Assembly: GCA_965215885.1 (NCBI GenBank)
Contig: CBDCEW010000092.1
Span: forward strand, 32,001-96,000
From: Candidatus Moanibacter sp.
GTDB lineage: Bacteria > Verrucomicrobiota > Verrucomicrobiia > Opitutales > UBA2987
Reading direction: 5' to 3'
Length of the DNA: 64,000 nt
In this document: positions 20,520 through 31,561 of the stretch, in pieces
Numbering within the stretch: position 1 is the first letter of the stretch
Layout: each line of letters starts with the position of its first letter
Translations under genes and position numbers: made by a program
Notes under the pieces: model-generated
What the model saw: only the letters and a program-made list of their open reading frames with translations
Databases searched by the model: none
What the model was told of the DNA's origin: nothing

Positions 20520-21050
20520 ATGAATCGGCTGGAGATGAAAGAGACTATAGAGGCACGGGTGCCGTTGCTTTCTGCACGTGATGGCGGAAGCTATAAGAAG
20601 GCAGAGGAACTGCGAAAGGCGTTCGTTCGGGACTATCACCGAAACCGAATTGCAAGTTTGGGTCTCGATGGCTATGTCATTGGGAAAGGTAAACAGAACC
20701 GATCCTTCTGCTACCGTATTGAGCGCGAGATGGACAGCCTTGGCCGGATACTTGGTGCGACGGCTCTCAAGTTCGGCGTTTACTATGGGCGGACAAAGAG
20801 GGAAGCGAGTGAGAAGTATCGATTTGCGAAACACTGGGGTATCAGCAAAGACGAGGCGTTTAATGCGGTGCGAGGAGCAATCGTGGATCTTCTGGATGCT
20901 GCCGAAGCCGACGACACCATCCCGGCTGCCAGGTTGACCATAGACATTTGGCGGTGCCACTTGCAGATCGGGCGTTTCGGGAGTCAGAATCTCGGGTTCG
21001 GATTATCGAAATCTACGATTGACCAGCTTAACGCCTTGGGGCATTGTTGA
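20520..21050 (+). CDS. Probably truncated protein resembling the N-terminal domain of restriction/HNH-type nucleases
   Basis: LDGYVIGKG..SFCYRIE..LGRILGATALKFGVYY; the tail after ~20925 looks unrelated. Confidence 0.45.
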   Translation: MNRLEMKETIEARVPLLSARDGGSYKKAEELRKAFVRDYHRNRIASLGLDGYVIGKGKQNRSFCYRIEREMDSLGRILGATALKFGVYYGRTKREASEKYRFAKHWGISKDEAFNAVRGAIVDLLDAAEADDTIPAARLTIDIWRCHLQIGRFGSQNLGFGLSKSTIDQLNALGHC

Positions 21051-21056
21051 GGCTGG

Positions 21057-21272
21057 ATGAGCAAGAAATCTCAGACCTCCTATGTCCCTCTCGAGTGGAA
21101 ATCCATGAGAAACGGTGAGAAGCCAAAGACAGACGGAGAGTTGCGGCGTTACATTGCCGACATGAGGCGGTTTTCGAAAAGAACCGCTTCGTCAAAAGAG
21201 GAGTCGCTTCGTTTCTTGGTCAAAGCTGGGATCGCGACTCCGAAGGGGAATCTCAAGCAAGTCTACCGATAA
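21057..21272 (+). CDS. Small basic protein, candidate antitoxin/partner
   Basis: 71 aa ending SKEESLRFLVKAGIATPKGNLKQVYR; 7 bp before the next gene. Confidence 0.6.
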   Translation: MSKKSQTSYVPLEWKSMRNGEKPKTDGELRRYIADMRRFSKRTASSKEESLRFLVKAGIATPKGNLKQVYR

Positions 21273-21279
21273 CCCGGCC

Positions 21280-21897
21280 GTGTACTCCTCGCTCCCGACA
21301 TTTGTCCTGGGTTTCCACGGGTGTGACAGGTCGGTTGCTGAGAAAATCGTGGCTGGGAACCAGCGACTCAAGGCTAGCAGGAACGAGTACGATTGGTTAG
21401 GACACGGCTCCTATTTTTGGGAGAACAATCCAGCACGCGCTCTGGAATTCGCCGCGATTCTTCGGGACACCGCAAAACGAAGTAGGCCGAAAGTTACGGA
21501 ACCATTCGTCATCGGAGCGATCATTGATTTAGGTCACTGCTTCAATCTTCTCGACACAGGCTGCCTCGCGATTCTGGCCCAAAGCTATGAAGATTATCGC
21601 AAGGTAAGCGAGGCGGCGGGTGTTCCTCTACCGCAGAACAAGCCCCTGGGTAGTGGAACGGACGTATTATTGCGATATCTTGACTGTGCTGTCATTGAAT
21701 TCATGTATCAGTACCATGAGACGCGAGGACAGAGGCCGTATGACAGTGCACGAGGCCTCTTCCCTGAAGGAGATCCCGTGTTTCCCGGAGCAACGATAAG
21801 GGACAAGGACCATATACAAATCTGTGTTCGCAATCCGAACTGCATAAAGGGGTACTTCCGCATTCTGGAGCCGGTTCCAGGATATCCTATTCCCTGA
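21280..21897 (+). CDS. Hypothetical protein with ADP-ribosyltransferase-like motif spacing
   Basis: GFHGC, DWLGHGSYFWE, HIQICVRNP. Confidence 0.6.
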   Translation: MYSSLPTFVLGFHGCDRSVAEKIVAGNQRLKASRNEYDWLGHGSYFWENNPARALEFAAILRDTAKRSRPKVTEPFVIGAIIDLGHCFNLLDTGCLAILAQSYEDYRKVSEAAGVPLPQNKPLGSGTDVLLRYLDCAVIEFMYQYHETRGQRPYDSARGLFPEGDPVFPGATIRDKDHIQICVRNPNCIKGYFRILEPVPGYPIP

Positions 21898-21944
21898 AGT
21901 TGAGATTGAGCTTTCCCTCTTAAAGGGGGTATGGGGTCAGACTG

Positions 21945-23506
21945 GAATGGCGCTAAGATAAGCCAAAAATAATTGTAAAAAATATGTAAAAAGCTTGTAC
22001 TATGACCGTTAGTAGGCTAATCTTGTTGTATGAAAAATATGACAAGATTCCTGCCTGGGTTTAATCACATTCTATGCGGTCGCCCGCCTAAGTCGGCCCT
22101 GGCACAATTAAAGCAAAAACTGGCTCATCTAAGAGAGTCAACTCTATCGGAGTTGTCGGATCTGTTTGATCGGTGGATTCCTCTGGGAGTTTTGCAACCC
22201 AAGAGCGAAAAAGAAAACAGCCGGGAACGAGTCTACTCACTCAGAACGACCTTCTGGGGCTTTCTGTTCCAGGTGCTCTCCCCGCAGACAGCCTGCCGGG
22301 AGGTCGTCAGAAAGGTGCAGAGCTACTGTAGTGAGCGGGAGTTGAACCTGCCCAGTTCCTCCACCTCGGCCTATTGCCAGGCACGTCAGCGCATAGGTAT
22401 AGAGGACTTACAAAAGATCGGTGAAGAGGTCAGCGAGCAGATACACAAGGAGGTAAGGCAAGCGCAGCGGTGGAAGGGGCACGAGGTCAGAGTGATAGAC
22501 GGTACTGGGATCAGTATGCCCGATACCGAGCAGAACCAGAGGGCCTTTCCCCAACCCGGGGGGCAGAAAGAGGGGTGCGGATTTCCCGTCATGCTTCTGG
22601 TGGGCTGTTTCTGTTTGGCCAGCGGGGCCTTGCTGCACTGTGTCGAGACCACCTTAAAAAACCATGAAAGCGGCATTTTGCGCAAATTCGTTGGGTATTT
22701 GAAAAAAGCAGAGGTGGTTCTGTGCGACCGCGGTTATTGCTCTTATGCCAATCTGGGGCTGCTTCTAAACCATCAAATGGACGCGGTCATGCGCCTGCAC
22801 CAAAGGCGCAAATGCGACTTCCGTAGCGGCCAAACACTGGGCCGATACGATCGGCTGGTGACCTGGAAAAAACCGCAGAGACAGCACGGGTTCAGCCCGG
22901 AAGAATGGGCTCAATTACCGGCCGAACTGACTCTGCGAATGGTGCGTAGATCAAAGGATTCCGTACCCGAAAGATCGATCTTGTGACCACCTTTACCGAC
23001 CCCCTCCAATACACCGTAGAGGATCTGGCCGATCTCTACTTCCGCCGCTGGTCAGTGGAACTGTTTTTTCGCGACATTAAAACGACTATGAAGATGGAAA
23101 CGGTACGCTGCCTTACTCCCGAAATGGTGCGTAAGGAAATCCAGCTGTTCTTTATCGCCTATAATCTCATCCGCGCCCTCATGCAACACGCCGCCACCCT
23201 CTATCAGCGTGACCTGCATCGGCTCAGCTTCAAGAGCACGGTCGACACCGTTCGGCAGTACTGCACCGCTCTGAACGCCACCCGCAAGCAGCCTCGAAAG
23301 CAACAACGCATCATTGACGAGATGGTTCTGATTATTGCCGAGGAGACTGTTCCACTACGAGAACACCGCAGCGAACCACGAGCGGTCAAACGAAGACCGA
23401 AACCTTACCAATTACTAACGAAGCCGCGAGGGAAAATGAAAGTCTCGCGCTCGCGCAGAAACAAAGGCAAAAATCGTCGTTAATCGGGCTTATCTTAGCG
23501 CCATTC
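21945..23506 (+). mobile_element. IS4-family insertion sequence
   Basis: 20-bp perfect TIR GAATGGCGCTAAGATAAGCC; 11-bp TSD GGGTCAGACTG at 21934-21944 and 23507-23517. Confidence 0.95.
22030..23483 (+). CDS. IS4-family DDE transposase, frameshifted near 22950-22985
   Basis: SAYCQARQR, VIDGT, LCDRGY, LYFRRWSVELFFRDIK. Confidence 0.9.
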
Positions 23507-23900
23507 GGGTCAGACTGCGAATTGTTTGATTTTCCCCAGGGTTCCGGGTCTGGTAGAATCAGTTTATGTTCCGGCCTTCGCTTAGAAAGGGGCTAGCCCG
23601 GAAAGGGTCATCGAACGCGGAAGAGGTCATGTTTATTTGGGCAACAGCGCCTATCATTTTGCCATCGTCACAAGCGAGCACTGAGAGAGCGCAGGTTCAC
23701 TCCTGCAGAAAAACAGGAAACCCTGCCCACCCGCCGAAGATGGATCGACCACGACATCATCATTGCGAGGAATTTTATACACATTTGAACATCGGATCGT
23801 TCAAGGCGGCAGTAATACGTCAGACTGGAATGCCGCTAAAATAAGGGGCATAAACGACAGATTCGGCCACAGTCGAATTCGGCCGCAAGCGGCCTTCCTA

Positions 23901-25793
23901 GTGCGCCCGTAATGGTTATGAAACAGAAAGGTGAAAGTCCGATCCAGCCCAAACGTGCACTGGGCTGAAACGTGAAGTAACTGCGTCACCAAGAGGTGGG
24001 GTGGGAAGCAACAGAACGTGAACTGCCAGTCCGTAATAGTCATGCCAATGACCGTGAACTCGATTCGGCAAGGCGTCGTGGCGAGACTCCTAGGAATGTG
24101 CGAAGCCCCTGTCCCCGTAGAGAGCGGGGAGATCACTACGTGCCCGGGTCACGCAAAGCACGGTAGTGATGCGACGTCGGGTGGTTGGAGACGGAATGGC
24201 GGGAAGGATCATAACAGGAAACGGGGAGACCTGTCGGCACGAGGACGGAGTTCAAGACTCCATAAGAGTCCGAAGAGCCGGCCGACAGGAGTCGGAGCCT
24301 CAATAAGAGCGAAGAAGCCGGGTAATACCGGTGGAGCAAAGGGAGGCAGGAAGGTGGAAGCGTGAAGTACATACAAGAGGAATTAATTCCTTCCGCAGTT
24401 TCCGAAAGGGATAGACAAGGAAGAGAAGTCCGAGCCCGGTGGGCTTGGGTGGAACCTCAAGTATGGAGCGAACGCATGTTGGCAGCCCTCGAAACGGGGG
24501 TGAAAGGAAACAAATGGTTCAGTCTAAATGATAAGGTGAGCCGGGAAGAGACCCTGCAGCGGGCTTGGGAACAAGTACGCCGCAATGGTGGCAGCGCCGG
24601 AATAGACGCTATTTCGGTGAAGCGATTTACCAAGATAGGGGAAAAGGAGCTGACCCGGTTGAAAAGACAACTCCAAAGAGGAGAGTACAGACCGAAAGCG
24701 GTCAAGCGGGTATGGATCAATAAGACGGGAAGCAAAGAAAAACGGCCGTTGGGAGTACCCACGGTAAGAGATCGGATCGTGCAAGGCGCACTACGTCTGG
24801 TGATCGAACCGATCTTTGAGAAAGACTTTGCCGCCCATAGCTATGGATTCCGACCGGGTCGAGGATGCAAGGATGCGCTGCGTCAAGTCAGCCGCCTGCT
24901 TAAGGCGGGTTACAACTGGGTTGTGGACGCGGACCTGAAAAGCTACTTCGACACGATCCCGCACGAGAAGCTGATGGAACTAGTGGAGGAAAGGATCCGT
25001 GACCGAAAGGTATTGGAGCTGATCGGAAGCTTCCTCACCCAAGGGGTGATGGAAAGTCACAAAGGCTGGCAACCGACGGAACGAGGCACTCCCCAAGGGT
25101 CAGTAGTTAGTCCGTTGTTGTCGAACATCTACCTCAATGGTCTTGACCACCAGATGGCCCGCAAAGGTTACCAAATGGTACGCTACGCGGATGACTTCAT
25201 TGTCCTGTGTCGCAGTCAAGAGGAAGCCCAAAGAGCCCACGAGGAAGTGCAGCGGTGGACTCGGAAGAGAGAACTGCTCCTGCATCCGGAGAAAACCAGG
25301 ATTGTAGATGCCACCTTAAAAGGAGGTTTCGATTTTCTTGGTTACCACTTCGAACGCGGTTATCGATGGCCGCGTCAGAAGAGCCTCAATGAGTTGCGTG
25401 CGAAGATCCGAGCCAGAACGAAGAGGACTAATGGGACCAGCATGAGCTGTATCATCAGCAAAGTGAATCCGATCCTCCAAGGCTGGTTCGAGTACTACAA
25501 GCACAGTCACAAGACCACCTTTGGACCGATCGATGGATGGGTTCGAATGCGCCTGCGCAGTATCAAACGCAAACGGCGTAAAGGCCGAGGCAAAGGACGT
25601 GGTCTGGATCATCAACGCTGGCCCAATCGTTACTTCGCGGACCTGGGACTGTTCAGCCTTAAAACAGCCTGGGAACACGCGCGCCAATCTCCATGATGGA
25701 GTTAACCACTGACTGGAGAGCCGGATGCGGGAGAACCGCACGTCCGGTTCGGAGGGAGGGGAGCCGGTGAGATTCCGGCTTTCCTACCCCTAC
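23901..25793 (+). mobile_element. Group II intron, apparently full length
   Basis: 5' GTGCG at 23901; domain V GAGCCGGATGCGGGAGAACCGCACGTCCGGTTC (~25718-25750); domain VI ending CCTAC at ~25793. Confidence 0.93.
24362..25696 (+). CDS. ltrA: Group II intron reverse transcriptase/maturase, no endonuclease domain
   Basis: RPLGVPTVRDR, SYGFRPGR, DLKSYFDTIPH, GTPQGSVVSPLLSNIYL, RYADDF, GFDFLGY, X domain GWFEYY. Confidence 0.95.
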   Translation: MKYIQEELIPSAVSERDRQGREVRARWAWVEPQVWSERMLAALETGVKGNKWFSLNDKVSREETLQRAWEQVRRNGGSAGIDAISVKRFTKIGEKELTRLKRQLQRGEYRPKAVKRVWINKTGSKEKRPLGVPTVRDRIVQGALRLVIEPIFEKDFAAHSYGFRPGRGCKDALRQVSRLLKAGYNWVVDADLKSYFDTIPHEKLMELVEERIRDRKVLELIGSFLTQGVMESHKGWQPTERGTPQGSVVSPLLSNIYLNGLDHQMARKGYQMVRYADDFIVLCRSQEEAQRAHEEVQRWTRKRELLLHPEKTRIVDATLKGGFDFLGYHFERGYRWPRQKSLNELRAKIRARTKRTNGTSMSCIISKVNPILQGWFEYYKHSHKTTFGPIDGWVRMRLRSIKRKRRKGRGKGRGLDHQRWPNRYFADLGLFSLKTAWEHARQSP

Positions 25794-26363
25794 CAACAAT
25801 TCATGTCCCGACCTGCCGTGATAGAAAGCTCGCTTGCTTCTGAATTAGTCGATAGGGTAGGGGATCGTATGCTGATTGGTCTGCACCATGTGTTGTATGA
25901 TTACGGTGCTGCGACCGGAGGATCTATAGCCATCGTATAAAAAGGCTCATATCGACTGGCTTGCTCCTCTAAGCGTTAGGAACAAGCCGTTTCCTGAGAC
26001 AGAAATCCGAATGAACCGGTTTCGGGTCGAGGAGAGCGCCGACAAAAAGAGCGGGGATTTTGTGATTGCCTAAGCCGAGGGTTAAGCAAAGCCGCATTTG
26101 AAATCCTAGCCAGTGCAAAAGTCGACGATGGCCATCTCATAATCCGACTCCAGTGCTTCGATAATATCCTCTGGATCTCCACCTTCGCGAAAGTAGTCCG
26201 CAATCAACGAGAAGCGGATTCGCCGGTTGTGATGGGCTGCGGCTCACTCCTTGGCCAAACCCTGATTCTTTTTAAACTTTACTGTCATTATTAAAATTGG
26301 AAGATGTATCTATTCGTTGATTTATCCCGAAGACAAAGGTCATCGAAAGAATCAGGATTAATT

Positions 26364-26624
26364 ATGACCATTGACCGCGAAAACGTCGCCAAGAAACTTA
26401 TTGATTATCTGCAGCACCAGATTGCTCTTAACCAACTCGTTGATTGGGCCGAAACGGCTGTTATGCGAGGTCAATTCGAAGGTGCGGATAGGGACAATGT
26501 CATGGACATAGTCGCTCGTCTGGGATTAGCAGACGTGAGAGCCTTTGGCCTTACCTGGGAAGACTGTGAAACGTTTCTGAACCGTCTCGGCTATGATGCA
26601 AAAGTCGATGTGGTCGCTCGATGA
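26364..26624 (+). CDS. Small hypothetical protein
   Basis: Compact helical ORF LVDWAE...LGLADVRAFGLTWEDC with RBS-like agga. Confidence 0.6.
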   Translation: MTIDRENVAKKLIDYLQHQIALNQLVDWAETAVMRGQFEGADRDNVMDIVARLGLADVRAFGLTWEDCETFLNRLGYDAKVDVVAR

Positions 26625-26662
26625 GTTCCCCGGGCTGGTCATCTGCCAACGGCAGAATGCTA

Positions 26663-27601
26663 TTAGGATGAAAGCCGCAATTTCCAGCCATACAGGAGAA
26701 GACACACGAGACCCAGGCTGAGAAGTAGCATGCTGGAGGGTTCCGGGATGGCCGCGGCGAGGTCGCCACGGCCGGAATTGAAGGTCGGGATGAAATTCTC
26801 GTGGAGAGTCGTTTGGGAGAAGCCCGAATCGACAGCATAACTGAAAATATCCTCAGAGCCATTGACATCATTGACGAAGAGATCCTCTTCCGGAGCGCCG
26901 ATAGAAAAGGTAATTCCCGCGAATCCTTGAAGGACGTCCGTATGCACGAGAGTTAAAGCCCCACTCAGAATGTCCAAAGTGTAAAAGTCACTGGAATCGG
27001 CCACAAAAAAGGTATTGTCGAGTGCCACCGCAATGTCGGTGACATCGGAAAGGTCGAATGCGTTTCCTCCGAGCATTAAAGCCACAGGTGGGCCGACAAC
27101 TGCACCAGTCGAGGGATTGATCTGAAGCAATTCATCGCTGGCCGCATCCAGCGCCCACAGGGTATCTGAAAGGTCGAAAACGGCTCCTCGTATATCGCGG
27201 CCAGAAAGCAGCGAACCGATCGTTGATGCCACAGCCGTATTGGAGTCGATGATGATGAGGGTGGAGCCGGTTGTGTTGAAACCGGACTTCTGAAGCTCAA
27301 AGGCCAACAGGCCGTGCGTCAGGGAAAATGCGAGCGCATCCGCGTCGATATCGATCTCGTCGAGTGTAACAGGCCCAATATCAATGAAACCTGATCCGTC
27401 TTCCTGAAAGGAGAAGAGATTGGTAGGAGGTAGCGAGTTTGGGACGGTTCCGTTGAAGCAGAAATTGGGAGGGCCACTTCCACATGATTTTATACCCAGG
27501 ACAATTGCGTGCGCGCTGGGTGCTAACAGCAGATTGGCTATTAGTGCAGCTGAGAATAAGCCAGTAAACTCTGGCCTCAAATTGAGCTTTGATAGAAACA
27601 C
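26663..27601 (-). CDS. PEP-CTERM sorting-domain surface protein
   Basis: Signal peptide; C-terminal IPEPSSMLLLSLGLVCLLLYGWKLR; propeller-like repeats. Confidence 0.88.
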   Translation of the reverse strand: MFLSKLNLRPEFTGLFSAALIANLLLAPSAHAIVLGIKSCGSGPPNFCFNGTVPNSLPPTNLFSFQEDGSGFIDIGPVTLDEIDIDADALAFSLTHGLLAFELQKSGFNTTGSTLIIIDSNTAVASTIGSLLSGRDIRGAVFDLSDTLWALDAASDELLQINPSTGAVVGPPVALMLGGNAFDLSDVTDIAVALDNTFFVADSSDFYTLDILSGALTLVHTDVLQGFAGITFSIGAPEEDLFVNDVNGSEDIFSYAVDSGFSQTTLHENFIPTFNSGRGDLAAAIPEPSSMLLLSLGLVCLLLYGWKLRLSS

Positions 27602-27607
27602 TTAATG

Positions 27608-28156
27608 CTACCTTTTCTTCTTGGAGATTTTCGAACCCTCCAGAGTCAGGTTGTACATCAGGCCCTTATTTCCGAAAATGAAGCCGATGACGGGCTCTTT
27701 CGCGACCTCAGTATCGATCTCGCCGCCCGTCCCAAGAGTAGCGAGGGCGACGCTGGCATCGACCCCTACCTCCCAACCCGTGCTGTTGCGGAAACTATCC
27801 AAAGCTGCTTTGTCCATGAAGAGAATAATCTGCGATCTAACCTGGGCGCCGATCTGGAGACCAACGGAAGCTGCAGTCGTAGTGTAATAATCCACCGTTT
27901 TGCCGTCGATCATGAGAGCGCCGTTTCCGCGTTCGCCGCCCACTCCTATTCCAGCCTTTGACACATGGGGGAAACCCAGCATGCCGGCCGATTTTTCCGC
28001 CAGCTCTTTGCCGGCGCTCGTCAGTTCATAAAAGTTTGAAATCGCTTCCTTTATTCGAGCGTCCAATTGGACCTTCGACGCCGCATCTACCGCTTGGGTG
28101 GTGAAAAGGGCGAAGAGGAAAAGTAGAGCATTAATGATATTTCTATTAGTAATCAT
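27608..28156 (-). CDS. SYLF/Ysc84 lipid-binding domain protein
   Basis: FPHVSKAGIGVGGERGNGAL, ASVGLQIGAQ, KGLMYNLTLEGSKI. Confidence 0.85.
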   Translation of the reverse strand: MITNRNIINALLFLFALFTTQAVDAASKVQLDARIKEAISNFYELTSAGKELAEKSAGMLGFPHVSKAGIGVGGERGNGALMIDGKTVDYYTTTAASVGLQIGAQVRSQIILFMDKAALDSFRNSTGWEVGVDASVALATLGTGGEIDTEVAKEPVIGFIFGNKGLMYNLTLEGSKISKKKR

Positions 28157-29323
28157 TGTTTTGAAAATGTCGTATACTTGAAATAGAGCAATAAGCATCA
28201 AAAGCCGCCACTATCGTCGAGCAGCCCTGGATCGCATTAATAACTTCGAATTTGCAGGTTAGCTGCCAAGGTAGTGCGAGGCAATGAAATAAGTGAAAGA
28301 GTGGGTGCCCGCTAAAGATCCCGGCAAGCCGGGACGAAACAAGAAGTTTGCAACGGATAAAAGGACAGCAACGGATGGGAAAAGTAAGAGACTCCGGTTA
28401 AATTTTGTTCCTTCATCGATCGATCACCGCAAGGAACAGCCCAATTACCGGATCAAAAAGGCCGTCGACTCCGGACAGGAATCCTAATTAACTCGAGACT
28501 CTAATCAGGCGAGATCTCCACTTGCGGTATCCGCAGTTTGCGCTACTTCGCCGCACTGGATCATGAAACTGAAGACGGAACCCTTTCCGGGATGGCTCCA
28601 GACGGCGACGTCGCCCCCCATCAATTCGACGACGTATACCGATGTTTCGAAATGGCGAGACCCAAGCACATTCCGTCGTCCCTTTCGTCGGAGCCACTTT
28701 GCGAGAACGGCAAAAAGAGCTTATCCCGTATTTTCTCTTCAATCCCGATGCCGGTATCCTTGACGTTGAATCTCAGGCGGGTTCGGCCATCTATGAGCCC
28801 GCCCGATTCCACCTTGATATCGATCCTGCCATTTTGGGTAAATTTGACTGCATTCCCGATGAGGTTGTTAAGGATCTGCCACAAGCGCGTCGGATCTGCC
28901 ATGACGTGCTCGGGAACATTGTCTGCGACAGAATAGGAGAGGTTCAGCCCCTTTTCATTGGTATGCTCACGCTGGAGTTCGACTGATTCTTCGATTAAAT
29001 TGTGGAGGTTCAATTTCGCTTCTTCCAATTCCACCTGATTGGTCACGATCCTGGAGAATTCAAGCACGTTATCGATAATGAGAAGCAGCTGCCGGCCGTT
29101 GCGATTGACTTTCTCGGCGCGGGAAAGATCCTCCGGAGAAAGCTCTCCACGGGCGTTTTTCATCAGGACGCCGGAAAAGCCGATTATTGAAGTCAGATGG
29201 GTACGCAACTTGAGACTCAAGTTAAACATGAACTCGCGCTGGACGGTGGTGGCGGTATAGTCTCTTTCTTTCTGGCCCAAAAACGCCTTTTGGTCTAGTC
29301 TTCTACCTTGAACTTCCTTTTTT

Positions 29324-30805
29324 GCCTCGTCAGCAGAATCTGTGGGTTATTTCGGGTTCAGGCAAGTCGCCCATGGTATGAAATAGGGCGATCTTAAGCA
29401 CTTCGAAGCTCTTAAAGCCGTATGCTTTTCTGATAGTGAGATTTATATTGCGGTTAAAGCCCTCCACAATGCCGCAGGAAAAGGCCTTTTTGGCCCGAAA
29501 CCAGTTGAGGATGAGCGGCTCGTGTTTGCGCACCGAGCGCACGAACCTTTTGATCGGTTTGAGGCGCGAACGCATGGCGCGCGTGCACCATTTTTTCAGA
29601 TACCATTGGGCCCAGTAGGGACTTTTATAATGCCACAAGAGCTGAAAGCTCTCCTTTAGTAGATAGGCCCGCACGCTCTTCAGATCGTATTGGAGCACCT
29701 CCTTGAGGCGGATCTGTTGGGTGGGGGTGAGATTTGCGGATTTTTCAAGAAACAGTATTTGCTTTTGACCAGCACGTTGATGTAGCCGTCCCGTTGCAAT
29801 CGCCTGGCTTCCGCAGCACGAATCTCATTGAGGGCCTTGTTCAGGTTGGCTACCAAGTGGAAGCGATCGAGGATGTGCAGCGCCTGGGGTGCCTTTTTCT
29901 TGATCACTTTGAGGTAAGGCTTCCACAGATCCGAGCAGACGTAGAGGATCTGGCTGCTCTTTTGCGCTCCCAATTCCCAGAAAAAACGCAAGAGCGATTT
30001 TACGTTGCGCTTATTGAATACGCCCAATAGCCGCCGCCGCCCCTCGTCAAGCTGGTAGACCACGGTGAGATAGTGATGGCCTCGATGATACTGCACCTCA
30101 TCGACTCCGATCGCCTCAATCCCGCTCATATCGCGCCGTTTGAGCCCCCAACGCACCATCGCCTCGACCGACTCGAAGACGTTGCGCCAGTTCGTGCGAA
30201 AAACCCTTGCCGTCTCTTCCCAGCTCAAGCGCCTCGCCCACTGGGCCAGAAACCATTGCATTGGCCAACTCAGATGACTCTTGCCCTTGGCCCAGGGCAC
30301 CTCTTCGACCTTCACCCCGCACCGCCGGCAATTGACCCGCCGCATGCGGTAACGAAAATACACCTTCATCCCCCACAAGGGCACAAATTCAAAATGCCTC
30401 GCCTCGCTCATGTGGTCGTAGCCGCTGGCCGTCCGGCCACACCCCGAACAGCACACCCGACTATTCTTGCGCGGCTCAATCTGCACCACAATCGCCTCCA
30501 CCGATTTCACCATTTCCATACTCGCCTTTGCGTAAACAAAGCTCTTGAGCCAATAGCACCGATTCAGTAGCGTTTTGATGAGCACTGGGTCCTCCGTGTT
30601 CAGGATGTATTTTCGGTACTACTTTCATCCTCGGAACGGCCCGGTGCTTCAACCTTTCAATCCCATATGCAAAGAAAACACCGACCAGCCCCTCCGGCTG
30701 TGGAGGAGCGGGATTCAGGGCAGCGCCCTGACTTCTCCTTGTGCTCACCGACTCTATTTCCTCTTGTAAGCGACGTTACCCACCCACAGATTCTGCTGTA
30801 GACCC
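29324..30805 (-). mobile_element. ISL3-family insertion sequence
   Basis: 24-bp imperfect TIR (GCCTCGT/GGGTCTA followed by CAGCAGAATCTGTGGGT); 8-bp TSD CCTTTTTT at 29316-29323 and 30806-30813. Confidence 0.95.
29330..30585 (-). CDS. ISL3 transposase, frameshifted near 29730
   Basis: Zn-finger CSGC..CRRC, AIGVDE, CSDLWKPY, LDRFHL, VEGFN..RKAYGF. Confidence 0.92.
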
Positions 30806-31561
30806 CCTTTTTTAAGATGACCTTCTCGCGAACGTTGAATCGCTCTTTATTTTCGTTCTGACGGGCGATTAAACCTATGATAAGTAGAAAACAGGAAAGA
30901 ATGAGCCCGCTTTGAATATACGAGTAACCCGGCAACATAATGATCTGTACACACAAAGGAAGAACAGCAGCCAGGAGAAACGCCCAGAAAATAGAAACAA
31001 CCGCGGATAGAACCGACGACGCGAGCGCGGTCAATGCGACGGTCGCCAAAATTAGAAAAGATAACAGAGATGCATTCTCATGCGGAAAATACAGAATAGA
31101 CAGCGCACCCCATCCCGCCCCGATTAGCAGGCTGCCCAACGTCATGATATTTGCCCAACGCCGCGCTTTCAGCTCTTTTTCAGGGTCCCGCAGCATTTCG
31201 GTCAATTTCAAATAAGCGGGCAGGCACACTATCACCATGCAAATGATCCACACGTTGACCGTTTGCAACGACGTCTCCCAGAGAATCCAGAGACCACCAA
31301 ATACGGAGATCACGAGGAGAATAAGTACACCCGACCTGCTCTGACGAATTACGGTTTCGACTCGAGCCGCAAAAAAGAGCTCGCGAATGGGAGGCGACGG
31401 AGTGGAACTTTCCGCTTCTTGATTATTGGACATTCTAACTTGAAATTCCGGTTTCTCTACAAAGTCGCGACGATCATATTTCTGGCGTTTCCGGGCCTAC
31501 CGCTCCCGGTAAGTCTGAAAGCAAGTTCAAGATATAGGATTTGCATGATCTCCATTTCGAC

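Larger units (their letters stand above)
28505..31433 (-). pseudogene. Membrane sensor histidine kinase interrupted by ISL3, with an extra frameshift near 28640
   Basis: TM half (31433-30806) and HisKA/HATPase half (29315-28505) rejoin in frame as ...VILKK|EVQGRRLDQKAFLGQKE; NLIGNAVKFT, DTGIGI, GLAISK. Confidence 0.88.

Noticed and set aside
19945..23540. Integron cassette array
   Set aside because: The repeats lack RYYYAAC/GTTRRRY attC boxes and no integron integrase is present
24362..25696. Retron, DGR or defence reverse transcriptase
   Set aside because: The ORF lies within clear group II intron boundaries (GTGCG, domains V and VI) and has a maturase X domain
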